A stretch of DNA of 63,943 bases, filler included, from Reticulomyxa filosa (GCA_000512085.1; 18 parts of 18 records of this genome joined end to end with filler, not necessarily neighbours in it), one strand, 5' to 3'; shown: positions 48,760 through 61,531, counted from the whole stretch's first letter. Translations and numbers: made by a program. The notes: a model not told the origin generated them from the sequence alone.

Positions 48760-49340
48760 TTTAATTCATTTGTTTGTATTTGTTTGAAAAAAACAACACA
48801 AAACTGGCACTGTTGTGCTTAAAAAGGAAGGCGCGCTGCTTTGCCTTGAAGAGTAACCGAACACACAGACAAACACGAGTCAGCAAAGTGTACTCCTCCT
48901 GATTTTGTTGTTTTGAGTTTAACATACGTGCGTATGGTATCTTGATTGGCGGCAAAGCCGCTCTCAATTCGGTAACGAATGCAAACAACACAGAGGACAA
49001 TCCCGCAACAAAGTCCAACAACCGCCCCCAACACGACGATAATGACCAAGCCCGGAGTCATTCGACCACCTCGTGTAAATCCCAAATACGCATTGGTCAT
49101 TTTAAGTGACCCCAGTTTGTGATTGGGTGACATCATTCCATCTGTCTGTTCAGTTGTGTGTATGTAATACGAAAGCGCAAACGTATACACAAAAAAAAAA
49201 AAAAAAAAGAACAAACATAACAACAATAACAAATAGCACAAAATGGTTCAGTTTTGTAAGAAAGAGCAAAACTGCGTTCGACGAGGAGAAGGTAAAGTGA
49301 ACGTTTTTGCACTTGCCACGACAAACACAATGGGTTGGGT
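44973..49340 (-). CDS. Single-pass membrane protein with a very long disordered (N/H/S/T/P-rich) C-terminal tail, multi-exon, 5'-truncated
   Basis: Cys-containing segment HCNDDPTHCVCRGKC, then TM helix LVIIVVLGAVVGLCCGIVLCVVCI. In-phase splice HFADS|AAME leads into ORF 46924-48699. ORFs 46304-46939 and 45097-46137 follow on the same strand; final exon ends LKVDSL*. Confidence 0.65.
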
Positions 49341-49536
49341 CATCGTTGCAATGAAATGAACTGTTCTGTTGTTTGTAGGTGTGACATTAACAACTTACTC
49401 CGCGGGCAGTGTTGTAATATCAAAAAAAAAAAAAAANNNNNNNNNNNNNNNNNNNNNNNNNNNNNNNNNNNNNNNNNNNNTTAATTAATTAANNNNNNNN
49501 NNNNNNNNNNNNNNNNNNNNNNNNNNNNNNNNNNNN

Positions 49537-50627
49537 AATGTGATCAATTTCCGGATTGTGATTCGATGAATCGTCGAGCAGATCTTTGTGGCCGGTGTTA
49601 TGTGCGTGGTTCATCATCGGCAAAGGTGGAATCGGTAGCGTGCATTCCATGGGTTTCGCCAACAATGCCATGCACTCTTTAGCAGTCGGATATTCAAAGT
49701 AGCTGTTGAACACACTCCAAAATTTTTCTGGATTCGTTGCATTCATTCCATCAAAAGTCTTTTCACTTTCTCCAAAGTTCATACTATGTTCATCTTTGCA
49801 TTTTAGATTTAGAGATACAGAATGACAATATAAATATATACATATATACATATATACAGATATATATAATATGAAGGGATCATTAACCACCAACGGATTC
49901 GATTTCATTGCTTCCACTTTGTGTGTCATCCAATTCGACACTTGCACCGTCACTACTGTCTGCAGGAGGTTTGAATTTGGAGTGTGAGTTCTTTTTAATG
50001 GAATTGGATGCGAGTGCGAGTGCAAGTGACGAGAGTGAGGAGGAGGAGGAAGAGGAGTCGTGTTTGGATTTGGATAAGGCCTGATGTGAAGATGGGGGAG
50101 GTGTGGGCGTCAACGCAGGCAACCACTTCCATAATTCTTTCATATTTTTTTCAGTGGTTTGAAACTGTGCGATGCAAGCACTTTGTTTGTGAATGTACTG
50201 TTGAATGATCTCGACGTCAAACTCTTGCGGTCGCGACGAAGCCAATAATCCCATCAGACTTTGACATTTGTGGATGATTCGACTCGTGTCCATTAGATAT
50301 GCCATGCAATCTGACAACAAGTGATTCAATTCTTCGAATGGCCATATATCCATAAAGTCATCTTTGTCCATTCGGCTGAACAGCCATTCCAACATTACAA
50401 ATATCTTCCCTTGCTTCATTGGCATGTTTCCTCCACTCATGTGGTCCAGACCATACAATTCTGTACTCATTGTCAGCTGCTCATTCAACTTTTTCAGCAA
50501 TCCCAACACGAGACGAAGCGTTTCTCCAGACATTTGAGGAACTTCCATAATGATCAAGTTCTTCAATGCTTCAATGCCATCCAACTCGCTCTTTTCCAAC
50601 TTTTCATCTTTCTTTGCAATAATGGAC
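49537..50627 (-). CDS. Helical protein exons; the 3' exon carries an Ada3/TADA3-like motif
   Basis: NPEKFWSVFNSYFEYPT...PIPPLP resembles Ada3 NRFWASVEPY...KIPPLG. Whether it joins the upstream LamG gene is unresolved. Confidence 0.4.
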
Positions 50628-50829
50628 CTATATTTAACAAAAAAAAAAAACTTGTTTAATTATTTTTTTTTAAATAACAAAATAAATTAAAACATTTTTA
50701 AAAAAATTTTTCAGTTAAAATAATACTTTCATTTCCACTTTCAGGTAAAGAACAAACAAAGTAGGATAAAAAAGGGGTTTGAGTGAATTTCATCCTCAAA
50801 AATAAATATAAAAAAAAAAATATGCGTAA

Positions 50830-52967
50830 CTTGCGGTGGATAAGGTCTGTGCTCATTCTTCCATTCGCAATCTTTCATAAAGCCATGGATTTTAATGAAG
50901 ACAAGTCTCTAACAATTAATCCCAAGCTGTCGTTGCAAGGCCAAAATCCTCGTAAGTATTCTTGAGTGACAATTTCTTATATGCGGGCTTTCAAACTCTT
51001 TTTGATTTGATCTTCGCTGCGTGCACAGCTCCAAATGCGAATATCACAAATTTGACCAAAGAAAGGCCTGCCAGGAATACTACCAACGGTCCAGTTTTTG
51101 CCATTGGCTTGGGGCATACAGTTTGCACCCGTGGGATACGAATGTCCGGTGCTTAGCATACCGTTGACATAAATACGCCAAATCGTGTCTGCGACATCAT
51201 ACGTGACAGCGAGATGGGTCCATTGCGACAAGTCTGCTTGGCCTGATGCATAGCCGGTGGACGTACCATTGATAGTAGACGACCCGCAATATATTTGTTG
51301 ATTTTGGATATACAAGTACGTGGAATAGCTGCCGTCACCATGTTGGAAGATTTGCTGAGGGCCTTGGCGGGTTTCAGAGTTTGGAAATCGAAGCCAGCAT
51401 TCCATTGTCGTTGACCCACTAAAATTCAAGTCTTTTGGGCAACCCAAATCGACCAACGAAGTATTGTGATATCTGTTTTTGGACGCGGTTCTCCTGCCCC
51501 ATCGATTTGTCGTAACTGCAGTTTCCGATGCCGGTTCATTTTTCTTTCGCTTTTCACTTGCGTCACCTTTTTGCAACACCAAACATACAATGTTGTTTTT
51601 GATTGAGCATGAAAAGAGAAAGAGAGATGATAGTGTGTTACATCTAAATATTCTTTTTTTAAAAAAAAAAAAAAAAAACAAACCTGGAGGCACAAAGCTC
51701 AATACAACTTCTTCATTTTTCGGAGGTGGTCTTTTTAAAGTAATCGAATGGCAATGTTCCAATTTTTGTTCGGAATCAAAGGCATGAATAGACAAGTACA
51801 CCTTGCTGACTTTTTTGTCTTTCTTTTTTTTTTGTTTGTCATCCGATTCTCTGTTTTTCTCGTCCATTGGATTGGACGACGCATGTGACAAGGAGCCTGG
51901 CCATTGGTTGTTGCTGTTGTCATTGACATTGTTCAAAGCAGCAGACAAGTCCACGTCTTCATTTGCAGCTTCGTTTTGATCAGCATCACCATTTTGCTCT
52001 TCTTGATTTTCCGTTTCTTCCGCGTTGGCGTCTGTCTCTTCGTTTTCTTTGCCTGGAAGAGCAGGAAATGATTCAGGCTTTTTCGCCTCCACAGAAAACA
52101 AGAATCGTCCATCAGTGAAAATTGGACTAAAAGGTGGGATACTCTTTGTCTTCTTTTCGCTCTTTTCACTCGACTTTTCGGGACGTTCCGCGTTGCTTGT
52201 CGAGTCCCACTCACTGGCCAATTGCTCTCGCATATCTTGAGGGAGTGAGTTCATGAGCGAGTCGTATTGATTCTCAAGCATTTCCAACTCCTCCTCAGGC
52301 GCATTATTTTCCTCACTTTCAATAATTTGATCCATAACGGTCCTTGCCTGTGCCAAAGTGGCTTCGTGATCTGCACTGTCGTCCACCTCTTTCTTTTCCT
52401 CATCGTGCTCAGGTTCTTTTTCGTCGCCTGTCTTGCTCGTCGATGCTGCTGATGCCTCACTATCTCCTTCCATTTCATTATGGCCAAAGCACACATGACT
52501 ATTATCCGCCGTGGCATACGTGCCTTCTCCATTTCGCAAGACGTGTCCAATTTCGAGCAGTGTCTCCGGTGGACAAAACAATCAAACTGGCGGGCGCAAT
52601 GTTGGTATTGCGATAATCAATTTTATCCCCAATCACGCAAATGCTTGACTTTTCGTTGCCTCGACGCATTCAACGCAAGCGAACCAACAACGAAGGTCGA
52701 ATGCTCAAGCTCTGGTCCACCGCAAACCGAAATAGTAGCATGTACAATACCGACAGCAGCGTGTTCAACGTGCCTCTTGTCACTACTAGCACCAACAACA
52801 GTTCCAACGCCATCGTTCGGAATCGGCAGCTTCAATGAGGTTAACACCACACCACGTTTGTTGGTGAGTGCTAAAAAGGATGAGTCAGTTGACTGTCCTA
52901 TCGCACCCAGCTCTCGCGACAATCCGGATAAAATCAACTGGAAGTGCGACACGTCGCCCATGCTCCT
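50830..52967 (-). pseudogene. HERC/HECTD4/MYCBP2-like N-terminal region followed by a LamG/ConA-like domain; frameshifts and an in-frame TAA
   Basis: Alternative frame MALELLLVLVVTRGTLNTLLSVLYMLL; SSICVIGDKIDYR...ETLLEIGHV; PIFTDGRFL. LamG: TMECWLRF...QWTHLAVTYD...IYVNG...FFGQICDIRIWSCARS...*...LRGFWPCNDSLG. Confidence 0.65.
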
Positions 52968-53135
52968 NNNNNNNNNNNNNNNNNNNNNNNNNNNNNNNNN
53001 NNNNNNNNNNNTTAATTAATTAANNNNNNNNNNNNNNNNNNNNNNNNNNNNNNNNNNNNNNNNNNNNTTAATAATATTAATAATATTAATAATATCAATA
53101 ATATTAATAATGCCAATAATGTCATTCATATCAAT

Positions 53136-54319
53136 ATGTATGACGCCAATGTAAAGAGTGATCCGAAGACGACAGAGGTGTCATTATTGCTTCAGAACAT
53201 CTGTCCATTCCTCATTGAAATGCGCGACTTGCTGCTGCAAAAGCCCAGTCAGATTGACGACGATATTATCGACCAAATGGGCTGCTCCGACTGGCTGCAA
53301 GTGTTTGTCGAGTTGCTCCATGCGTGCGAGTTCTTCAGTCTCAAAGTCGAGCAGGACATCCACTTTTGGGGAAAGGCAAATTACTTTGCCTCGCGCTTGC
53401 ATCGTGCTGTGTCGTCGCTGCTTACTTTTCGCGACCACTCACTGCTCGCACGCCACGTGTCGCACTACGGCAGGTATTACACTTATGGCGGCTTCATTTG
53501 TCTCTCTTCCGTCGCTTTGCTCGCTTATCATCATCATCACAGCAATGCCTCCACTTTGTCCATCTCCTCCGCACGTGCGCATCTTTGGGATGCCATGCAT
53601 GCAGTTCAAGTATACGTAGCCAAGCCTTTGACGAATGTGTATCATGCCGTTTGGAATGGAGTCATTGGCAATACAAAGGAAGATCTATCGTCGTCATTGC
53701 AGGCGGAAAAGAAAAATGTGGAGGACATGCTGCAACGTGCAGGCTATGCGAATATGGACGAGTTGAATCGTGAATACGTGCAAGAGGTCAAGTATCCTTT
53801 GCAAAACCTTTGGCTCGGCGATCTGCTGCAACACTGGCTGATTCAAATGCAACATATGAAATACGAAACGACGCACATGCGACACACATTGGAGACTGTC
53901 AAAACTAAAACCAACAGCTATGGACGTATGCTTTCGCAACGATCCCTGCTTGCTATCTTAGCTATGGCACTGTTCGCGTGCTGCGATGGGCTATCTCCGC
54001 TTGTGCATGTTGGAGTCCCTTTGCACGTGCCAAGACGCATACCTCGTCCAAGGACAAAATGCGTCGCTGGCTGCGCGAGTTACACAGCATTGTCGTCAAA
54101 CACACCGACAAAACTTATATCAGCGATCAAGACTGTGCTGTCATGCTGCAAATCCTCAAGTATATTAGCTCCTCGAGTTTGGATAATCTCAAACACAGGC
54201 TTGTCACTGACGAAGAAAATGAGTGGCTACAATTCGATTTGAATCATTTGATCAGTCAACGGTTTACTGTTCAACAGAGTATCACTTTGATTCATCGATT
54301 GGAGAGATATTATTTGTGA
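53136..54319 (+). CDS. NCA2: NCA2/DGS1-family mitochondrial membrane protein, intronless, one frameshift near 53905
   Basis: REYVQEVKYPLQNLWLGDLLQHWLIQMQHMK resembles RYEKELVHPIKNLLSGELVRGLLIQVQKLK. The shifted frame continues NQQLWTYAFATIPA...MRRWLRELH...QSITLIHRL. Confidence 0.8.
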
Positions 54320-54976
54320 GAAAGAGAGATGGAGGGAGAGGGGGAGAATAACAACTCTTTCTTTTTATCTTTGGTTTTTTTTTTTTTTTTAAAGTTAATG
54401 TATTTTTTTTTTTTTTTTGGTTTGGTGTTGTTCTTCTTATTGGTTCGTTTATTCTGCTTACTTGTTTCTGACCGTAACTCTTCTTTTTTTCCCCCTTACC
54501 CCCCCCTTCCTCTTATCTATCATCGCAGAGACAAACTTGCTTTGACTTCCTCATTGCTGGAATAACATCTTGCGAGTGTGCAAGTTTATTCACATTGCTT
54601 TGGTTTGATTAGTTTTTGGCACATACGTTTTGAGTTGACCCTTTTTTAAACAAACAAAATTGTAAAAACATTTCTGTAAATTTTTTTTATCTGTGAAAGT
54701 TGTGCCTTGATTTTTCTTCTGATTTGTTCAATAAATACAATATTCACAGTCTTTCTGTCATTATCATTTTCAAGACCATTTCTAAAATGGAAATTTTGGA
54801 AATCCGGCTTCGAAAGTTAGACTTAGATGTCCTGCGTTTGCCAATTGTATTCCGTTATGGCCCCTAGTTAATATCGCTTACATTAACTTACTGTAGGGCT
54901 TTTGTTTTCGTTTCTCAAAGGTAGGGGCTTTGTCGATTAAAAAAAAACTAATTTTTTCCTTTATTAGCCTAAAACA

Positions 54977-55108
54977 ATCGAAGAAGAAGAAAAAGTGTCG
55001 CCTTTGGTGATTGACAATGGATAAAAGCTTGTTAGTGGTGACAACAATCCAAAGGTAGTAGTTCCGACAGTTGTTGGCAGACCAAAACATGAAGATGCAA
55101 TAAATTAA
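54977..55108 (+). pseudogene. Actin N-terminal pseudogene fragment (absent from the ORF track)
   Basis: (ATC)EEEEKVSPLVIDNG*KLVSGDNNPKVVVPTVVGRPKHEDAI versus actin [36 protein letters not shown]. Confidence 0.85.
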
Positions 55109-55457
55109 GCTGAACATATGACGCGTACCCAACCAGAAGGCATGCAATATTTCACTATTTGATTTTTGAATAGAAGGATTTAACTGAATATTTGATACAA
55201 ATGTCAATAAAAAAATTTTATGCTTTATTAAAGATGTTAGAAATGATACAATTGGTAATATTAAGACGAATTAGCTTGCTACTTCTGACAGAACTGCAAG
55301 TTTTACTAATGTTATATAGATTTAGTAAGTTAGGAAAATGTAGTTGAAAATAAATAANNNNNNNNNNNNNNNNNNNNNNNNNNNNNNNNNNNNNNNNNNN
55401 NTTAATTAATTAANNNNNNNNNNNNNNNNNNNNNNNNNNNNNNNNNNNNNNNNNNNN

Positions 55458-58400
55458 CCACAAATTACTGGAGATATGTCCATTTGTGATTTAAGATCGA
55501 AATCCACATTTGGATTATGTCTTTTTTTTTTTAAAAAAAAAAACAATAGTTAATAGAATAAACAATATATATATATATGTATATATAAAATAATACATAC
55601 AAATCATCAATTTCAGATTGTATATTAGTTTGAAGTGCTGGTTCTTCAATCTTTGCAGAACACCAAGGATCGGTACATTTGGTAACTCTTCGAACAGTTC
55701 CACGTTTTTTCATCAACAAAGCATGTCCATTTCGACAATGATGCAATGCAAATGTGCTGATTTTAACATTCTTTGATGGCTCTCCAGACATGCGTTGATT
55801 TTCATATTGATCAGGATTGTTTAATAATATTGTAAAGGGATTGACTGTCATAATTTGATATGTGTAAAATAAAGTCAACAAATTAACAAATTATAAAAAT
55901 GTGAAATATCAATCATTATGTAAACTTTTGGTAATTTGAAGAGTCCCTAGCCAATGAAAACCAAGTTTTGTAATAGTAGGATGAGTTGTATCTTCGGCAT
56001 TAGACGAATAAAACATCTTCGATCGTATGTCGGTAGGATCTCGATCGAGTAAATTGGTGATACAGGCAACACTGATCCCAGGATTGACAATATTGCAGCT
56101 CAACACTTGTGATTGTACGTCTATAAAGTTTTTTTGCAAGTATTAAATAAAGAATATGGTAAACGAAGAAAAGTGAGTGTGACAAAAGCTGTGGCATTTC
56201 GTGACAATAGATATATAACTAAGTAAATATTTGCGAGAAGTATTCGGAGATGAGACGGAAAAGGCAGCAATCAAGAAAGGAACAAAGTCTTCTTTTTCTT
56301 CGATAACACAGTTTTTAATAGTATCGATACTGGATAAATTACTTTTAAAATCATCATATTTTTGCGCAAAGATTTTTATGGAATGGAGTTTCCGGCCATT
56401 TATACTTGTCCTTTGGTTTCAAGTATGAAAATATGTAACTGTGCATTTCAGACACGAAGATGGGATATCTCTTTCTTATTTCGGATTGAGTAAAAAAAAT
56501 TTGTGTCCAGCAGGGACCTTTCAACATACAACACTGTTTCAAAAACCAAATATGTAAATATTGTTCGTACACATTCAAATCATTGCCGAATTGGGCTTTC
56601 TTGCTTTTGAAATATAACAATCCATCACTAATTTTTTCCAAAGTAGATTTAAATGCTTCATACATGGGAAGGTCTCCAGTTGTTGTTGATGCATTTTCAC
56701 ATAAGAAATAAATGTATTTTGTCAATTGCACTTTGAGTTTTGAGATGGCTTTAATTTTTTCAGTTTCATTTGAGCTAGAAATTTCATCCAATTCCAATAC
56801 TTTTGGATTCGTAAACATCTTTTCAAACATACGATTTACTTCAACATTTGCTTTGCAATGTTTCTCAAGGAAATATTGCAACAATGATGTATTCCCAGAA
56901 ATGTTTTCCAATGCTTGCAGCTTCAACACATTTTTAGGACATTCATCAGGCAATTCTTCGATTTTACCTACAATGTATTCAATTACATTTTCAAACATCA
57001 GTTGGACTGTTTGCTCGTTGAAAGTTTCTACTTGTTGTATAGTGTGCAACAAGTCCCGAATGAAATATATGGCTTTTTGCACCAATGAAATAGAAAGAGG
57101 ATGACTTTCAATGATCAAATCTATAATTTGTATTAGTATGTTATCTGTTGCAAATCCTCGCTTTGCCAACGTCAATGTGTTTGTTGCAACAACGTTCTCT
57201 TTGGATGGAGTTGAATAACAATCGATTGTCCAAAAGTGTTTGAGTCCAAGATTTTTCATCTGGAGCTGTCGAAACACAGATAAAAATTCTTGATAATCTC
57301 TTTCTTCACATCTTTTTTGCAAGAAATTGGCAATGATTTGCAAGACATCGCATGCCAGATGAATTTTACGAGAAAAGTCGTCCACGTCATTCAGTTGAAA
57401 CGGATGCCACAAGAAATATTTGGACAGCTTCAATGTCACATCCATTAATTGCGTTAGTGTTGATGGCATGTTACTGAGAAATCGCTTGATGCTAGATCGA
57501 ATCTCTTGGTCATCACATAGTGACAATAATTGGGTGTAAGTTCCAATTACATTTTCAAAATAGTACAAAATGGTTTCAACCATTGGAATGCTTATTGTTG
57601 CATCTGTTTCTTCCATTAGAACTCCACCAATCCAAAATACAATATTTTGGACAATATCGGGTATATCATCATTTTCCTGAACAGAGATATACCGATGAAA
57701 CATCCCTCGAATCACATCTTTTGCATACTTTGCACATTCTCCTTCGTCACATTGCTCCAATATGCTGGAAGATTTGTTGAGAAACTCTATCATGTTCAGT
57801 TCTTTGTTAACGGTTATACTATTTTCAGCTGTTATTGGGTCATTTATGGTAACGTTTTTCCACTCATTACGCTCATTGCACAGTGTGCAATACTTAAGGA
57901 TCTGTGCAGCATAGTAAACATGAAAATTCCAACTAAAAGGAAATTGTGCCTTGTATAGTGCTCTTGCTCGGAAAAAATGCAAATTTTTGCTGGGTATATT
58001 TTCGTGATTAGATATCGCGACAAACTGTTCATCTTTTGCACAATCTACAAAAATGTTGACAAGACGAGATTGCTTCGGATTGTCAAGCGCTGCCTATTCA
58101 CAGCAATACAATGTAATTTTATCATTAGGCAGTTCTATTTGCGCATGCAAATGCATTTTCGTTTATTTATTAAACTTCCAAATAATAATTTTCGTAAAGC
58201 GCTAACAAGACGTGGAGCCATCCCTTGGTGATCAAACTATCCACAACATGTTTGTAGTTTTGAATAAAACTGAATTGCTGCCCATTTTCGAAAAGTAATA
58301 GCTTTTTGTAAAGTTTTTTATTTAAAATGTCGCAAATTGTATAACCATCAGTCATCTTGCTCACTTCCTTTTTCAGTCTCTCTATCATCATGTCATGCAT

Positions 58401-59255
58401 AGTTTTTGGCAAGACATTGGAATCGCCAAATCCGTGCTTCATTTTCAAAAAAGTATAATGGAAATTAGGGAACTTCAAGTAATAAAATGCCCGTTGTAAG
58501 TTCTTTTTCAACATCTTTTGTTGTATTCACAAATTCACAGAGATATTATATAAGATACTCACAAACAATACCACAACAAAAATAACTGGTATGAAGGATA
58601 AATCATCAATCATTGTCAATTGGTCCTTTTGAAGTAAATCTTTCAAAGAAAATGAAGATTGATTGGTTAGTGAATCTACAAATACTGTCGTCCATTTTCT
58701 GTGTTTCCTCCCCAAGGTTTTTAAATTATAAAAAAATACAATTAAAATAAAAAAGAAAGACAAATGAACTTGGTAAAAATCATTGGAAAAGGATATTGCA
58801 ATTTATGCACACTACGCACAATAAGGACAACTAATTTCTTTCCTTTTGACTTTTGTGCATCACTGTTTATCCTTTCATCTTTGTACTTCTCTTCGTCTTC
58901 GTGTTTGTTGTAATCTTTGTAATATGAAGTATGAGCAGTTTCAAGAATCCATTTAATTTGGAAAAATTGTGTCAAATCCTCGGAATTCTTTATGTTGATA
59001 TCTTACAATGAACTTGTCAGAATCGCTTTCAGCGAAGAATTGTTTGACATCTTGTTCAAAATAACTCACTTTCGCATAGTCTTCCACACGTTTGCAATCC
59101 CATTTACGTTGAAAGGCATTTTGCATTTCATCGAATGTCAATATTAACAACATTTTACTATTGCATAACTCTTGTGCTGCATTTACAACCTCTTTCTATT
59201 TATATATACATTTATATATTTATATATTCATTTATGTTTATATTTTATTTATGTC
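55458..59255 (-). CDS. RNF213-like paralogue, post-AAA region with an RZ-finger-like motif; several frameshifts
   Basis: 58600-59255 is a close paralogue of 30438-31105, including the intron. RAQFPFSW-type motif (KAQFPFSW), long helical ORF 56354-57982 and CRNGH-x15-C-x4-C at 55645-55740. Confidence 0.8.
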
Positions 59256-59355
59256 NNNNNNNNNNNNNNNNNNNNNNNNNNNNNNNNNNNNNNNNNNNNT
59301 TAATTAATTAANNNNNNNNNNNNNNNNNNNNNNNNNNNNNNNNNNNNNNNNNNNN

Positions 59356-61531
59356 AATGACAAATAGTTCAAACATGGAGTGAGAAAAAAGAGATCCCAC
59401 TTGAAAAGATTTCTGCTGGGGTCGAGATGTGACTTTATATCATTGATCAACATCTCTTTAATGATTAAAGGCAGTTTGGCATGACATTGCTCAGAGATAC
59501 ACGAGATTACTTCAAACCACTTCCAAGATGACCATTGTCCTACAGATGTGGCACTGCCTCCTTTTTTCTTTGGATAATCCAATTTCCATTTACGCAATAG
59601 TAAATGTTGCAACACCTTTTTTATTATTATTAGCTATTATCTTTTTCTTCAAAAAAAAAATATTTTGCAAAACTGATGACAAGTTTATCTCTGTTGTTTC
59701 AAATTGTTGCATCCTTTTTTCCAATTCTTGTTTTGATTGCTCCATTCCTCTTTTCAATTGTCAATTCTATGTCTTTCTCTGCAGTCAGTGCAAATTGCAA
59801 TGTGCCCGCATCCTTGACATTGTCCAACAAATGCCCCAAAATGATACTTTGATTTACCCCAGGCGAAACGACAAAAATGGAAACATTGGCTTTTATGGGC
59901 AACTCATTCTTCTTATCTTTGTAATTTATAATAAGAGATAACTGTCCTTGGACTGTTTGAAAGTCTTTGTAAAAAACGATAGGTGAAATCTTTTGCAATT
60001 CACCTCCTATTTTTTTTTATTACAAAGTCAAGGTGTTAATGCATACTTAAAAAAAAAGTACACATACCTGCATCTTCATCTTCTTTTATTGAAATGGATA
60101 AGATATTTGTTTCTGTTCCACAGATATAGACGCGCAGGCTCCTTGTTCGTGGCTTACTCTCGTCTTTAAATGAAATTTTTTGACACTCTTTCAGTAGAGT
60201 GCTAGTGTCTGTATCTTCGGTTAACTCGTGAAATGTTTGCACAATTTTCCAACACTTTTGTATTCCTGGAATTTGTTTGGATTGATTTTTTTCTAACAGT
60301 TGTATAATCTCAGACGGAACACCACACCGACTTTGGAAGCATGCTTCAATTACTTGTTTTACACAATTGAACAGCCCTTCAGTTGGATCGCTCGCAGTCA
60401 TTCTAAAGACTGAGATTACAAAGAGTGAAAAAAGTAAATACTACATTAAAAAAACTCTTTACAACAAGCAAAAAAAAAGAAGTACACAACAGCTTGTATT
60501 TTTCGACGCCGCAGTATTAAAAACTTCCAGTGCTTGCATTGCACTTCCCGAAAGTGGGATTATTTGCATTTTCCGTCTGTCCAAATTCAAACAAAAAAAA
60601 AGGGCAATTATTTGTTAAGATTTTTTCAAAAAATAAAAGCTAAACAGTGGATTGTGTGGCATCCGCTTTATCTTTATAGGGAGCCATTCGTCATTTACAA
60701 ATCGCAAACGAAATTGTACTATGTCATCTTTTCTTGGCTCCTCTTCGGATGTCGGAGTAGCTCCAGCTTTCCAAAAGACTACCTTTATTACCATGCCCAA
60801 CAACATTTTGAAAATTGAACAAAAAGTGAACATTGTCTCAAAATATTTATAATACACATATACACACTGTTTGCTTCCATTCTTTTGGATACATAGAAAG
60901 TGGTACAATTCGAGTTGTTGACTCGTCTCTTGACACCAAAACTTTTGTGGAATACATTTCGGGAAATGTTATGTCTTGTATTGTTACAGTGTTTGCTTCA
61001 TTAATAGAATAACAGCACTCAATTTCATCACCTTCTTTTATTTCTAAGTTTTTCCATTTTTCGTTATTTAGATCAATCTCTGCTGATATATTGTTCTATT
61101 GCGTTACACGTTTTTTTTAAAAACTCCATTTTTTTTTTTGTAATCTACGTATAACTGTACCTTTAGTGTCACATAAGCAGTGTTTTTTATTATTTTGGAA
61201 ACCAGCACAACTTCTTTGCTTCTATTTTTTTTAAATGCTGTTTGTTCATAGTATTCATAATGTATAGAACATACTCGATAGCAATTGGAATGCTTGGTTT
61301 TGTTATCATGTTCTTGATGGCTTCAAGTAATCTTTCTTTTGGTGCTGTTTTCAATTCCACTTTTTTAAATACATCTTCCCAGTCTTTTTCTTTTAACCTG
61401 ACAACGTCCTTCATAGACGTACATTCTTGGTCTTCACGAAGCACCTTGCACAATGCCTCTGCCTGTTCCGGTTTTATTTGCACAGGTGGATTTTTCAAGA
61501 AGGACAATATTTCGTCTTCCATGTCTACCAT
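59356..61531 (-). CDS. N-terminal part of a large multi-exon protein: SAM-like helical domain plus OB/cold-shock-like segments
   Basis: LREDQECTSMKDVVRLKEKDWEDVF...KTAPKERLLEAIK is SAM-like. LEIKEGDEIEC and PRKDDIVQFRL are OB-like. ORFs are separated by GT-AG introns. Confidence 0.45.

Noticed and set aside
50977-50979. Stop-codon reassignment or readthrough (in-frame TAA in the LamG domain)
   Set aside because: Intact genes here terminate at TAA (2162, 4283, 19304, 23544) with no internal stops, and this locus also carries frameshifts.
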